Notes: generated from the letters alone by a model not told the origin. Shown: positions 46,104 through 55,924, numbered from the stretch's first letter. The stretch: 64,000 nt of DNA from Candidatus Saccharimonadota bacterium (GCA_050486305.1 JBJHDA010000001.1:243071-307070), one strand, 5' to 3'. Program-made: numbers and translations.

Positions 46104-46261
46104 AGCACCTCCCTTTACTAACAGGGATTTACTATGACAAATATGGTCCTTGAGTCTGTAACAAAAGATACAAAAATATCACGTAACTTAAAAAGCTATA
46201 AAACCATAAAAATAAATAATGTACATTGCGCCTTCTGTTGATTAAGGGTAAAATCTCTGGC

Positions 46262-46579
46262 ATGAGTGAGAAAAAACCATTCTTGAAACCAGTTGGCGGA
46301 AAAGAGCGTGCCAGAAGCCACGATGAAGTAGGGGCAGAATTTATACAGGTGTTAGGCGCGATAAGCGGAGCTGAAACGGGGGATAACGGCGCAAATGAAG
46401 TTAATAGAGTCGAGAGCCGTATCGTAACCTTGGAATCCAAGGGTCAATCCGGTCATCCGTTTTTGGCGCGGCTAGCAATGCAGAAGCTACGCGAGCTTGG
46501 TGAGACGGGGCATGTTGATAAAGTAACCGTTGTCACGGCTGATTCAGCTACTCACGTTGAGTCACCTCCCATACGCTGA
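46262..46579 (+). CDS. hypothetical protein (105 aa)
   Basis: ORF from ATG 46262. No domain recognised. Confidence 0.5.
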   Translation: MSEKKPFLKPVGGKERARSHDEVGAEFIQVLGAISGAETGDNGANEVNRVESRIVTLESKGQSGHPFLARLAMQKLRELGETGHVDKVTVVTADSATHVESPPIR

Positions 46580-46661
46580 GGCTTTTAAAGCAGTATCGAT
46601 GTAGTATTTTTTGCTCCGATGTATTTAGGGTAGCTTTATTATTTTTCGGTTTGTTTGTTTG

Positions 46662-47576
46662 CTATTTTTCTTCTGCTGCTTTTTCCAGGTCGGCAATAAC
46701 AAGCTTCTTCATATCGAGCATGGCCTTCATAACCCGCTCTGCTTTCGCCGGGTCCGGATCTTTTAACAGACGAGTTAATGCAACCGGTACAATTTGCCAG
46801 GCTACACCGTACTTATCCTTGAGCCAGCCGCACTGCTCGGCCTCGGGTACTGCAGACAAGCTATTCCAGTAGTGGTCTATTTCTTCTTGCGTTTCGCAAT
46901 TTACGACGAAAGATACCCCCTCGTTAAAAGTAAAATCGTGCTTTTGGGCGCTATCCATCGCTGCGAAAGTTTGACCCTCAAGCTCGAAGTCTGCATATGC
47001 TATCGTTCCTTCTTTATCTGGCGCCTGACCAGCTTCGTAGCGGTAGATTTCTTTCTTCTTAGAATTCTTGAAAATAGATGTATAAAACGTAATCGCCTCT
47101 TCTGCTTTGCCGCTATGTTCGCCGACGAATAGTAGTGAAGGCATGATTTTTTGCGGGAAGCCTCCCTCGGCTAACAACAGCTGCCATGAGACCCCGAATT
47201 TATCTTGGACCCAACCATATTTTTCGCTAAAAAAATACTTATCCAGTGGCATCAGTATCTTGCCGCCATCAGAGAGCTTTTCCCAGAGGCTGTCGACTTC
47301 TTCGGCTGTTTTACAATTAACGAAAAAAGATACAGAAGGGTTTGGGGTAAAGTTCGGCCCACCATTTAACGTCATAAAGTCACAACCATCGATAACAAAT
47401 TCTACCGTTAAAACACTGCCCTCCGGTTTGCCGGATACCTCAGAGCTTGCTTTGTCGTAGCGGGAAATGTCGCCAAGTTCTGAGTTTGCAAAAACTGATG
47501 TGTAAAACTTTGCTGCAGGTTCTGCCTGATCATCGAGCCATAAACAATTTCCTATTTTTTGTACTGGTTTTGCCAT
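46662..47576 (-). CDS. tandem-domain VOC/glyoxalase-superfamily protein (PhnB / 3-demethylubiquinone methyltransferase-like fold)
   Basis: Two homologous halves ('CLWLDDQAEPAAKFYTSVF...WGVSWQ' and 'LLFVGEHSGKAEEAITFYTSIF...YGVAWQI'). SD is GAGAGGAGAG. Confidence 0.78.
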   Translation of the reverse strand: MAKPVQKIGNCLWLDDQAEPAAKFYTSVFANSELGDISRYDKASSEVSGKPEGSVLTVEFVIDGCDFMTLNGGPNFTPNPSVSFFVNCKTAEEVDSLWEKLSDGGKILMPLDKYFFSEKYGWVQDKFGVSWQLLLAEGGFPQKIMPSLLFVGEHSGKAEEAITFYTSIFKNSKKKEIYRYEAGQAPDKEGTIAYADFELEGQTFAAMDSAQKHDFTFNEGVSFVVNCETQEEIDHYWNSLSAVPEAEQCGWLKDKYGVAWQIVPVALTRLLKDPDPAKAERVMKAMLDMKKLVIADLEKAAEEK

Positions 47577-47642
47577 GCCTCGTCTCTCCTCTCGGTTAGT
47601 TTATAAAAGAAAAGCCAGACATAGCCGACAGTGTGCGAATGT

Positions 47643-48059
47643 TTATTCTAGCTCGACACCTTCGTCTTGTGTGGCCGGGGTCAGTATCTTATCAACGAGC
47701 CGATCGATATCATCGTTTGAGAGGTTAGCTTTTACTGCGTAGCCCTCAATGTTGTAGTCTCGTAGTCCTGCAGGTGCATCGGCTTCATTTAAGTTAGAGA
47801 TAATAAAGACGCGTATATTTTTACCCCACTCGCTCGCACGCATACGTGCTAGTATTTGGTCCCCGGCGATTTTTGGCACCATCATGTCCAGTAATACCAA
47901 GGCTGGCCGCTCGCGTTCAATGATAGTGAGCGCCTCTTCACCGTCATATGCTGTGAAACACTTATAGCCGATCATTTCGAGCCTGGTTTTATATATTTCT
48001 GCCAGGCTTTGGTTATCTTCTACGATAACAATTTTTAGTGCTGAGCTTGTGTCATCCAT
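47643..48059 (-). CDS. stand-alone response-regulator receiver (138 aa)
   Basis: 'KIVIVEDN', 'LVLLDMMVPKIAG', and 'AVKANL' from ATG 48059. The ORF-track extension to 48335 overlaps the upstream rpf-like gene and is rejected. Confidence 0.88.
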   Translation of the reverse strand: MDDTSSALKIVIVEDNQSLAEIYKTRLEMIGYKCFTAYDGEEALTIIERERPALVLLDMMVPKIAGDQILARMRASEWGKNIRVFIISNLNEADAPAGLRDYNIEGYAVKANLSNDDIDRLVDKILTPATQDEGVELE

Positions 48060-48171
48060 AATGGTACATTTTACACCATTGGTGGCAAAAATGCCTGTTA
48101 TACAGTAGTTAATATTAAAAAATCTCCACCGAGTTTCACCCGATGGAGATGCAGTCTTGGCGTAGTTTTTG

Positions 48172-48933
48172 TTATCTGAGGCCGAGCTTAGACGAACAAG
48201 CTGGCCATGCGCCCCAACCTTGTATCTGAAGGAGCTGTTCGGCGCGTGAAATTTGCTCAGATTTACTTGCTTGATGCGGATAGCCTGAACCGCCGACCGC
48301 TCGCCAGCTTGATAGGCTGAACTGCAGGCCGCCATAGTATCCGTTGCCGGTGTTTATGCTCCAGTTGCCGCCGGACTCACATTCTGCTAAGCGATCCCAG
48401 ACGCTGGTGCTCGTGGATGTGGTCTGTGGCGCGGTTTCTTGGCGTGGCTCCGAGCTGGCCTGACGTGTTGTAGCTGCTTGGCGCTCTGCTTCTCTCTCTT
48501 GTGCATGGGCAATGCGCTTCTGCTCTTCCTCGCGTTGCGCCTCTTGTGCGGCCAAGAACTCCCCCATCCTGTCTTCAAGATCTTCGTCATCTTCGGGTAT
48601 GAGAAGCTTCTCTCCTACCGGAATAATATTTGGATTTTCTATCACCTCGTTTGCGTTGAAGATACGTCGGTATGTGGTGTCGTGCTCTTTTGCTATTTTT
48701 GCAAGCGTGTCACCCGGCCTAACCTTAACGAGTGTCGGTTCATCATCTGCTTCTTCGTTTTCGTTTTTTTCAGCCTCTGACTTCTCTTGCTTTTCTTTTT
48801 CTGGCTGGACTATTTCTTCTGTTTTCGATACGTTTGCGTTTTCTGTTTGCTCTTCAGCATTGTTCGTCGAGCTCGTTACTGCGAATAATGTCGCAGCAAG
48901 AACAAGCCCAACTGCAAGTGCAGCTGAGTGCAT
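48172..48933 (-). CDS. secreted LysM + Rpf (resuscitation-promoting-factor-type transglycosylase) protein
   Basis: Signal/anchor helix at the N-terminus. LysM is 'VRPGDTLAKIAKEHDTTYRRIFNANEV...VGEKLLIP'. Rpf core 'AECESGGNWSINTGNGYYGGLQFSLSSW...GWGAWPACSSKLGL' is close to the mycobacterial Rpf domain. Confidence 0.92.
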   Translation of the reverse strand: MHSAALAVGLVLAATLFAVTSSTNNAEEQTENANVSKTEEIVQPEKEKQEKSEAEKNENEEADDEPTLVKVRPGDTLAKIAKEHDTTYRRIFNANEVIENPNIIPVGEKLLIPEDDEDLEDRMGEFLAAQEAQREEEQKRIAHAQEREAERQAATTRQASSEPRQETAPQTTSTSTSVWDRLAECESGGNWSINTGNGYYGGLQFSLSSWRAVGGSGYPHQASKSEQISRAEQLLQIQGWGAWPACSSKLGLR

Positions 48934-49125
48934 TATGTTACCTCCCTAGCTAACCCTAGAATGATCCCCAAATTAAATTACTATTAAATTAATGATTTTC
49001 AATGTTGAATGGCAACCAAGGGTAGCCGTCGTGTCTTCTCCACCTCACATGAAAAAGGCACAAGGATAATCGTACTCCCGTAAGATTTTTAGTCAAAGTA
49101 TTTTTTAAAACATTTGCAAAGTTAT

Positions 49126-49347
49126 CTAGGCCGCTTTTATTTTTGCGGGCTTTTTTAGCTTGTGCTGCCGCCACGCTTCCGCTGCCCCTGCCTCGCCGAG
49201 ATTAATTATTGCGCCGAGCATAAGAACTTCTTGGTAGGCCGGCAAATAAACACCTGCGCCAATTAAGCCGATAGCGCCGATAATGTTTACATTGCGAAAC
49301 CACTTTAAACGCTCTGGATGAGTTAGCTCTAGCTTCTCTTTTGCCAT
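49126..49347 (-). CDS. small two-TM membrane protein (73 aa)
   Basis: Two hydrophobic helices and a basic C-terminus. Confidence 0.6.
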   Translation of the reverse strand: MAKEKLELTHPERLKWFRNVNIIGAIGLIGAGVYLPAYQEVLMLGAIINLGEAGAAEAWRQHKLKKPAKIKAA

Positions 49348-49473
49348 TGAGTATATTATAGCCGATTTGGCTACTGCTACGCTTGAAAAAACACTCGTTT
49401 TAGTGCATATGTTTGCAGTTTATGCACTTATGGCTATAATGTGGATATAACATCAACTAAATTGGAGGGTTAG

Positions 49474-50175
49474 ATGAACGATTTCACGGAACTACTATCT
49501 GAGTCCGCGAATGAGTTTTGGCAGGCCGTAGGTGGCTTTTTGCCTAGTTTATTCGGTGCGATTCTATTAATACTGCTTGGTGCCTTGGTGGCCAAGGTAG
49601 CTGACGGCCTTGTGCGAAGGCTTGTCGAATGGGTGCTGACGGTAAGTAGGTTTAACAAGAGCAAGGCAGTCAAGAAGACGCTTGATACAACAGAACTTAA
49701 CATTGACCTGGCAAATCTACTCGGGCGGATCAGCTTCTGGGTAGTAATCGTAATTTTTGCGCTTGCAGCGGCAGAGGTGCTTGGGTTAGACGCAATGCGC
49801 GAAACGCTAGGCGACTTGCTCGCATACTTACCGAACGTATTAGCAGCAATCATTGTGTTGACGGTAGCTATTGCTGGAGCACGGCTGCTACGTGATGCTG
49901 TAAAGGCTGCCTTGGTTCGTATGAGCGTAGATTTTGCACAGCCTGTCGCGAACATCAGCTATTATGTCATCGTTGTGTTCGGTGTTCTAATGGCTGTTGA
50001 CCAGCTTGGGTTCGACACAACAATCATTGCAAACAACATCACGATAATCGTTGCTGGTGTTGTCTTCTCTCTTGCTCTTGCTTTTGGGCTTGGCGGACGA
50101 GATGTAGCAAAGACTGTTGTAGACCGCGCATACGACAATGCTACGAAGCACACAAAAAAGCGTTCTAGAAAATAA
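49474..50175 (+). CDS. membrane protein with repeated 'conserved TM helix' units (mechanosensitive-channel-associated type)
   Basis: Repeating helix pattern ('LPSLFGAILLILLGALVAKVADGLVRRLV', 'LPNVLAAIIVLTVAIAGARLLRDAV', and so on). SD is GGAGGG. Confidence 0.68.
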   Translation: MNDFTELLSESANEFWQAVGGFLPSLFGAILLILLGALVAKVADGLVRRLVEWVLTVSRFNKSKAVKKTLDTTELNIDLANLLGRISFWVVIVIFALAAAEVLGLDAMRETLGDLLAYLPNVLAAIIVLTVAIAGARLLRDAVKAALVRMSVDFAQPVANISYYVIVVFGVLMAVDQLGFDTTIIANNITIIVAGVVFSLALAFGLGGRDVAKTVVDRAYDNATKHTKKRSRK

Positions 50176-50195
50176 TAAGAATCGTTTAATCGCAC

Positions 50196-50236
50196 AAAAA
50201 CTAGCGGTGTAACTACCGCTAGTTTTATTTTTTTTG
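50196..50236 (+). terminator. strong rho-independent terminator
   Basis: AAAACTAGCGGT ... ACCGCTAGTTTT stem with a 6-nt loop, followed by ATTTTTTTT. Confidence 0.8.
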
Positions 50237-50273
50237 GGTTGCAACGCATACTGCATATGTTACGGTGGGAGTC

Positions 50274-50666
50274 ATGACTCAAAATTCACTCAATCAACCA
50301 GGCAACAATAATAATCAAAAAGCTTTTTATACAGATAGCAGGAGTCCGTTCCAGCGATTTATGAAAACTTTGTTTTATACGGTGTGGTCTGTTCTGGGGA
50401 TTATGCTGATCGCTTTACTCTCGATCGCGGTATTCGGTAGCGGCACATGGGTAGAAAACCTAGACATATCTGAGCCGGTTGCTACTGAAGCCCCTCCAGC
50501 ACAGCAAGAGCAGCCTCCTGCTGCTCAGCAGCCAGCAGAACCAACTGAAGAGCAGTTAGCTTGTGTGGCCGATGAGGTTGGCGAAGAGCGCCTGATGGAG
50601 CTACAGCAAGGTGCACAGCCTGAAGCTGATGAGGCTGTCTTAATCCAAGAATGCTTGACCGAATAG
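50274..50666 (+). CDS. membrane-anchored protein with P/Q/A-rich linker
   Basis: TM helix 'VWSVLGIMLIALLSIAVFG', then 'APPAQQEQPPAAQQPAEP'. Confidence 0.6.
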   Translation: MTQNSLNQPGNNNNQKAFYTDSRSPFQRFMKTLFYTVWSVLGIMLIALLSIAVFGSGTWVENLDISEPVATEAPPAQQEQPPAAQQPAEPTEEQLACVADEVGEERLMELQQGAQPEADEAVLIQECLTE

Positions 50667-50800
50667 CCACAAAGCCCAGCTAGGTCAGACAGAATATTGT
50701 TAAACATGAAGCTGCCTTGGGGTGAAGTAACATATGTTACTTCATTGATTTGCTGTGCGTGCTACAACTCAACGTACACAAATTAGCAAGGAGGCAGTAG

Positions 50801-50944
50801 ATGATTCGAACGATTATTGCGGTATTGATACTATTATGGTTGTTGGGACTAGTGTTTGAGGTTGCCGGAAATTTGATTCATCTTCTCCTCGTTATCGCCC
50901 TGATAGCATTTATTTATAATTTGCTAGCTAGCCGCCGAGCTTAA
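50801..50944 (+). CDS. lmo0937-family small membrane protein (47 aa; below ORF-track cutoff)
   Basis: AAGGAGG lies 7 nt before the ATG. MIRTIIAVLILLWLLGLVFEVAGNLIHLLLVIALIAFIYNLLASRRA matches the family pattern 'LLWLLG....GG.IHLLLVIA'. Confidence 0.65.
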   Translation: MIRTIIAVLILLWLLGLVFEVAGNLIHLLLVIALIAFIYNLLASRRA

Positions 50945-51069
50945 ACTAGGCTTAATAGTGCCGGTGTATTAGTAAAGTCAGATATATGCAGGCTTATCGC
51001 CGATACATCTGTATTGGAAACCGAGCGATTTAGTTGTTATGCTGGTTTTATGATCAGGAGAAACAGAAC

Positions 51070-51522
51070 ATGAACAAGAACTTCATTATTATCGCAATAA
51101 TCGCCGTACTTTTAGGTGTAGGAGCTGCCGTACTAATGGCAATGAGAGATGGCAATGTAAACGATGCCGACCAGCCGACCGAAACACAGCAGCCTGCTGG
51201 ACCGCTTGGTGAAGGCGAACAGACCGAAAACGAAGCCAATGGTACCACGGCCGGAAACACCGTCACTTATACAAGCGATGGTTTTTCACCAGCTGATTTA
51301 ATAGTACGAGCCGGTGATACCGTTGAATTTGTAAACGAAAGCAACACTAATTTTTGGGTTGCGTCGGATCCCCACCCTACACACACCGATCTCCCAAACT
51401 TTGATTCAGAGCGCGGGCTTCAGCCTGGAGAATCATATACGTTTACATTTGATGAAACTGGCGAGTGGGGCTTTCACAACCACCTTGCTCCGCAACAGTT
51501 TGGAACGATCATAGTCGAGTAA
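51070..51522 (+). CDS. membrane-anchored cupredoxin-like domain protein
   Basis: N-terminal TM helix. 'LIVRAGDTVEFVNESNTNFWVASDPHPTHTD...GEWGFHNHLAPQQFGTIIVE' resembles the cupredoxin-like family, but no Cys ligand is present. Confidence 0.65.
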   Translation: MNKNFIIIAIIAVLLGVGAAVLMAMRDGNVNDADQPTETQQPAGPLGEGEQTENEANGTTAGNTVTYTSDGFSPADLIVRAGDTVEFVNESNTNFWVASDPHPTHTDLPNFDSERGLQPGESYTFTFDETGEWGFHNHLAPQQFGTIIVE

Positions 51523-51584
51523 CGCGCAACACTATATGCAAAATTTGTTTAGCCGTTAAGTTACGCATTTTATACGAGAAATAT

Positions 51585-52229
51585 ATGAAACTATATCTTT
51601 CTTCTTACCGCATACCCGTACCCGATGAACTGTTTCAGCTCGTCGGTAAGCCGGCAAGCAGCATAAAGCTTGCATTGCTGCCGAATGCAAAAGACTATTA
51701 TGCGAAACGAGCTAAGGCTTATAAAATTCAAGAAATTATCGCTTATCAAAAAGAACGTGGTATAGGTTTAGTCGACACCGTTGACCTGCTTGACTATCGA
51801 AGCTCCGACACATTGCGAAAAAAGCTGCGAAATTATGACGTTGTGTGGGCGGTTGGGGGCAATACGTTTTGTTTGCGGCAAGAAATGCGGCGAAGCGGAT
51901 TTGAAGTAATAGTCAACGACCTGCTAGATGACGGCATTGTTTACGGAGGTGACAGTGCCGGAGCGGTTGCTGCCGGAACTTCCCTGCGCGGCATAGAATC
52001 TGTCGATATACCAGATTTTACCGAAGACGTCATATACGATGGTCTCAGCCTGGTACCGCAGGTAATTATTCCGCACGTTGGCAACGAATATTTTACCGAG
52101 GCCAATAACGTGACCCGCAGCATCCATGCCGGACAAGCTATATGTGAGATTAGTGATGACGAGGCTCTGATAATCAATGGCGACATGACCAAAAAGGTTC
52201 ATGCAAATATACCTGAAATCGACAGCTAA
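51585..52229 (+). CDS. S51 peptidase E-like / type-1 glutamine-amidotransferase-like protein
   Basis: 'VWAVGGNTFCLRQEM' and 'VYGGDSAGAVAAG' (S51 Ser motif). Confidence 0.78.
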   Translation: MKLYLSSYRIPVPDELFQLVGKPASSIKLALLPNAKDYYAKRAKAYKIQEIIAYQKERGIGLVDTVDLLDYRSSDTLRKKLRNYDVVWAVGGNTFCLRQEMRRSGFEVIVNDLLDDGIVYGGDSAGAVAAGTSLRGIESVDIPDFTEDVIYDGLSLVPQVIIPHVGNEYFTEANNVTRSIHAGQAICEISDDEALIINGDMTKKVHANIPEIDS

Positions 52230-53209
52230 AACGAAACAATAGACTGCATAGTGATGAATCCAGCATAAACCAAGAGCAGTATTATGCCTGTGCGTCGAGA
52301 AATGATATGTTTTTTTCGCAAAACGGTGAAAAGGAATAACACAATAAGCAGAGTTACAGCTGCAGTGAGAATGAATTGCTGTGGCTCAGTGACGTGAATC
52401 GGCTCAATAAGAGCCACAATGCCTAAAACCAAAGAGACGTTAGTTGTTACAGCTCCGAAGATGTTTCCGATCGACACTGAAGCAACTTTATCCCTTATGC
52501 TGCGTAATCCGACAGTAAGTTCTGGTAAGCTTGTGCCAATCGCAATAATAAACAGCCCGATAATGAACTCAGAGACCCCGATAGTGCGGGTAATGCCCTC
52601 TATAGACTGGACCGCAATAAATGCGGAGCCAACCAAGAAACAGACTGCAAGTATGAAAATAAAAATCGCCTGAATGAAATGCCGACGAGACGATATTGAA
52701 TGGTAGGCGTGTGCATGCAACGACAGCTTAAGTGGGAGTATTTTTCGATTCTTTTCTGTTCGAGCTAAGCTTAGCAGGTGGTACACAAACAGTACCAGCA
52801 ACACAAGCCCGTCAAGTCGTGACAATGCCCCGTCATACATTAATAAAAACGGCATTATGAGCAATACCACAGTCATTGTACGTATGTCCTTGAATTGTTT
52901 ATAGTCATCAAGCTTTACGCCGTTTCCCGCTACCGCAAGAATTCCTAAGATGAGAGTAAGGTTAACAACGTTAGTTCCCAGTACATCTCCTAGCGACAAT
53001 ATCGGAATTCCTGCCACAGCTGCGTTGACGCCGATCGTAAGCTCCGATAATGATGTAGCAAGCGCTAAAAGAATAAATGCGATTACAAATTCTGATATAC
53101 GCAAATACCGCGCAATTACCGATAGCGAACGTACTACGTAAAAGCTCGATTTAATTAATAAAAAAATTGCAGACAAAAATATAATGCCGGGCAGTGCAAG
53201 TTCAGCCAT
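52226..53209 (-). CDS. Na+/Ca2+ exchanger (CaCA) family membrane protein
   Basis: Two alpha-repeats: 'GDVLGTNVVNLTLILG' and 'GNIFGAVTTNVSLVLG'. About 10 TM helices. Confidence 0.88.
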   Translation of the reverse strand: MAELALPGIIFLSAIFLLIKSSFYVVRSLSVIARYLRISEFVIAFILLALATSLSELTIGVNAAVAGIPILSLGDVLGTNVVNLTLILGILAVAGNGVKLDDYKQFKDIRTMTVVLLIMPFLLMYDGALSRLDGLVLLVLFVYHLLSLARTEKNRKILPLKLSLHAHAYHSISSRRHFIQAIFIFILAVCFLVGSAFIAVQSIEGITRTIGVSEFIIGLFIIAIGTSLPELTVGLRSIRDKVASVSIGNIFGAVTTNVSLVLGIVALIEPIHVTEPQQFILTAAVTLLIVLFLFTVLRKKHIISRRTGIILLLVYAGFITMQSIVSF

Positions 53210-53268
53210 GAAAGAATAGTAACATTCTGCATAAGACGGCGCCGATATTTGACGTATAATAGGAGTTG

Positions 53269-53898
53269 ATGAAGCTGCTAGTTTTTGGAGCGAACGGAAG
53301 GGTTGGTCGCATGCTTACAGCCGAAAGCGTAAGCAGAGGCTATGACGTGACGGCTTTTGTGCGAAATAAATCAAAAATGGGTCTAAAGTCAAAAAAACTC
53401 AAAACCGTAGAGGGAGATGCAACTAATTACTCGGCTGTGGCTGCGGCTGTGCGCGGACATGACGCAGTAATAAGCGTGCTCGGCCACGGCAAAAACACAG
53501 ATGCTGAAATGCAATCTAACGCAATGCGGGCGATAACCTCTGCAATGAGAAAGCACGGCGTCAAGAGAATAGTGAGTCTGACTGGCTATAACATTTTTAC
53601 AAATGGTGACGTACCGACACTTTATGACCATTTAACGGCCGGGGCATTGATGTTTTTCGACCAGAAACGCTTCCAGGATGGCATCAAGCATGTAGAGGTA
53701 TTAAAGGATAGCTCCTGTGATTGGGTAGCCCTTCGAACACCAAAACATAGAAATGCAAGAGGCGTATCCGACTATACCTTACGACCGACGATTAAGGGAG
53801 CTTCTCTTACCGTTTCGAGGCCAAATATTGTTGACTGTCTCTTAAGTCTTGCTGAATCTAAGAAGATTTCAAGTAGAATGCCGGTTATTAGCGACTGA
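53269..53898 (+). CDS. NAD(P)H-binding (NmrA / atypical SDR-like) protein
   Basis: 'MKLLVFGANGRVGRML' Rossmann motif. Confidence 0.85.
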   Translation: MKLLVFGANGRVGRMLTAESVSRGYDVTAFVRNKSKMGLKSKKLKTVEGDATNYSAVAAAVRGHDAVISVLGHGKNTDAEMQSNAMRAITSAMRKHGVKRIVSLTGYNIFTNGDVPTLYDHLTAGALMFFDQKRFQDGIKHVEVLKDSSCDWVALRTPKHRNARGVSDYTLRPTIKGASLTVSRPNIVDCLLSLAESKKISSRMPVISD

Positions 53899-53958
53899 TT
53901 GATTTCATGCTTTCGGCAGTACATGAGATAATATATAAGGAATTAATGCAAGAACTAC

Positions 53959-55116
53959 ATGAAAAAAGAAGAACGGGACATTAAAAAGCTCGAGCGCTTA
54001 AAGACTACGAGCTATCAGCCGGACAGCTCCGACAAAGGTCAGCGAACAGAGCCGGACAAACCAAAAAGAAAGCTTACGAAAAAGAGCTGGATAAAAAGAG
54101 TGTTTCTTTTTGTTATATTAGCCGGGCTCGGGTTCGTCCTCGTAGTGGCTGGTTTAAGTGCTCGGAACTTTCAGCGAGCGAGTGAGCATATATTTGGAGA
54201 GAAGAGCGTATTAGGTCTGGTGCCGCCAACAGAGCTACGAACAGACGCAGCAAACCGTACAAACATTTTACTAATAGGAAACGCCACTGACCGAGATGCT
54301 CACGGTGGTGCTGACTTAACAGATACTATCTTAATACTAAGTCTTGCTGCATCGGCGGAGGATGCGTATATGCTCAGCATTCCGAGGGATTTGTACGTTA
54401 ATATACCTAGCTATGGAACGGCAAAAATAAACGAGGCCTTCCCTGCTGGCGAGCGTCATGGGTTCCAGCAAATAGGTTATCGGGCTGATGGCGTTGGCTT
54501 GCTTGAACGTGTTGTGACAGAAAATTTCGGACTCGAGGTGCATTATGCAATGGTTGTTAATTTTTCTGCGGTGGAAGACATTGTTGACGCGCTCGGAGGC
54601 ATCACCGTCACCATCGATAGCCCGGATGATAGAGGAATTTACGATCCGAATTTTCAGCCACACGAAGGGGGTCCATTGCAGCTAGAGAATGGCGTACAGC
54701 AGATTGATGGACAAACAGCGCTACGTCTAACGCGGGCGCGCGATTCTACCTCTCGCGGCTATGGATTTCCGCAGTCTGACTTTAACCGAACGAAAAATCA
54801 GCAAGAAGTAATAAAAGGCATCACTAGCGAGTTAGACTGGCGTCTTGCCCTTGACCCTCGAAAGAATGGCGTAATTTTTGATTCTGTGGCGGCGAATATC
54901 GAAACCGATATTTCTATGAGTGAGGTCATTCCGCTCTATCGGAAGCTCGTCAATCTGCCGATTACCCAAATGGATTCTTATACTTTGCGTGACATCGATG
55001 GTGTGAATTATTTACAGAGCTATACCACTACAGCTGGATTATCGGCACTTATTCCAACAAGCGGTTTGGGTGAATACGATGAGATACGCCAAGCAATCCG
55101 CAGTATTCATCAGTGA
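53959..55116 (+). CDS. LCP (LytR-CpsA-Psr) family cell-envelope phosphotransferase
   Basis: N-terminal TM helix, 'NILLIGNATDRD...GADLTDTILILSL', 'SIPRDLYVNIP', and 'KINEAF'. Confidence 0.9.
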   Translation: MKKEERDIKKLERLKTTSYQPDSSDKGQRTEPDKPKRKLTKKSWIKRVFLFVILAGLGFVLVVAGLSARNFQRASEHIFGEKSVLGLVPPTELRTDAANRTNILLIGNATDRDAHGGADLTDTILILSLAASAEDAYMLSIPRDLYVNIPSYGTAKINEAFPAGERHGFQQIGYRADGVGLLERVVTENFGLEVHYAMVVNFSAVEDIVDALGGITVTIDSPDDRGIYDPNFQPHEGGPLQLENGVQQIDGQTALRLTRARDSTSRGYGFPQSDFNRTKNQQEVIKGITSELDWRLALDPRKNGVIFDSVAANIETDISMSEVIPLYRKLVNLPITQMDSYTLRDIDGVNYLQSYTTTAGLSALIPTSGLGEYDEIRQAIRSIHQ

Positions 55117-55209
55117 GCTTTTTAATAAGCAGATCATTTGAGGTTTGTTGTTAGATTAATGCTTTTGTTGCTATGATATAAAACATAAGCGTAAAAGGTA
55201 GAACAACAC

Positions 55210-55878
55210 ATGGATCTACATACTATCTTAGTGACATTCCATCTAGTTGGCTTTGCTTTTGGTATCGGCGGAGCCACTAGCAGCGATTTAGTTTTTTTAC
55301 GCTCAATCAAAAACGGCAGCATATCAAAAGATCAGTACGATGTCATGAAGACGCTATCGAGAGTTGTCTGGGCGAGCGTAGTTTTGCTGCTCGTGTCTGG
55401 AGCGGCACTCTTGGCATTACAGCAGTACCAGACGGGCAGCGTACCGCGGTTTGAGTGGAGTTTTTTTCAGCTTAAGCTGACCGCCTTTGCGTTTGTCGTA
55501 GCGAATGGGACGGCATTCCACTACTTAGTGTTTCCTCTGGTAAAGAAATCAACAGGCAAATCTTTTCGCACAGCAGCTATGAAGCGCAGGTATCCGCTTT
55601 TTGCGCTGACGGGGGCTATTTCTATCGTATCGTGGTATACAGCGTTTTTAATGGTCGCGTTCGGCCGGTTCTTTATCGACTATTCTTATGTCGTTTTACT
55701 ATCGGGTTATATTGCAGCAATCGGAGCTGCTGCCGTAGGTGCCTACAGTACAATTTGGCTCTACGCTAGCAATAAAGGACCACTGATAGATAAAGCTGAA
55801 CGAATAGTAATCCGGGGCATATTAATTGTGCTGTTGTTCGTATTGCTGGCATCAGCTTATATATTGTTTTTTACATAA
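55210..55878 (+). CDS. multi-pass membrane protein, function unknown
   Basis: About six TM helices. Confidence 0.7.
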   Translation: MDLHTILVTFHLVGFAFGIGGATSSDLVFLRSIKNGSISKDQYDVMKTLSRVVWASVVLLLVSGAALLALQQYQTGSVPRFEWSFFQLKLTAFAFVVANGTAFHYLVFPLVKKSTGKSFRTAAMKRRYPLFALTGAISIVSWYTAFLMVAFGRFFIDYSYVVLLSGYIAAIGAAAVGAYSTIWLYASNKGPLIDKAERIVIRGILIVLLFVLLASAYILFFT

Positions 55879-55924
55879 ACTAAATTAAAGGCGTAAGCCC
55901 GATTGGAATAAAAATCTGCAGATT

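Noticed and set aside
47643-48335. 230-aa version of the response-regulator ORF
   Set aside because: The N-terminal 92 codons overlap the 3' end of the Rpf gene in another frame and look non-protein-like. The receiver domain begins cleanly at the ATG at 48059.
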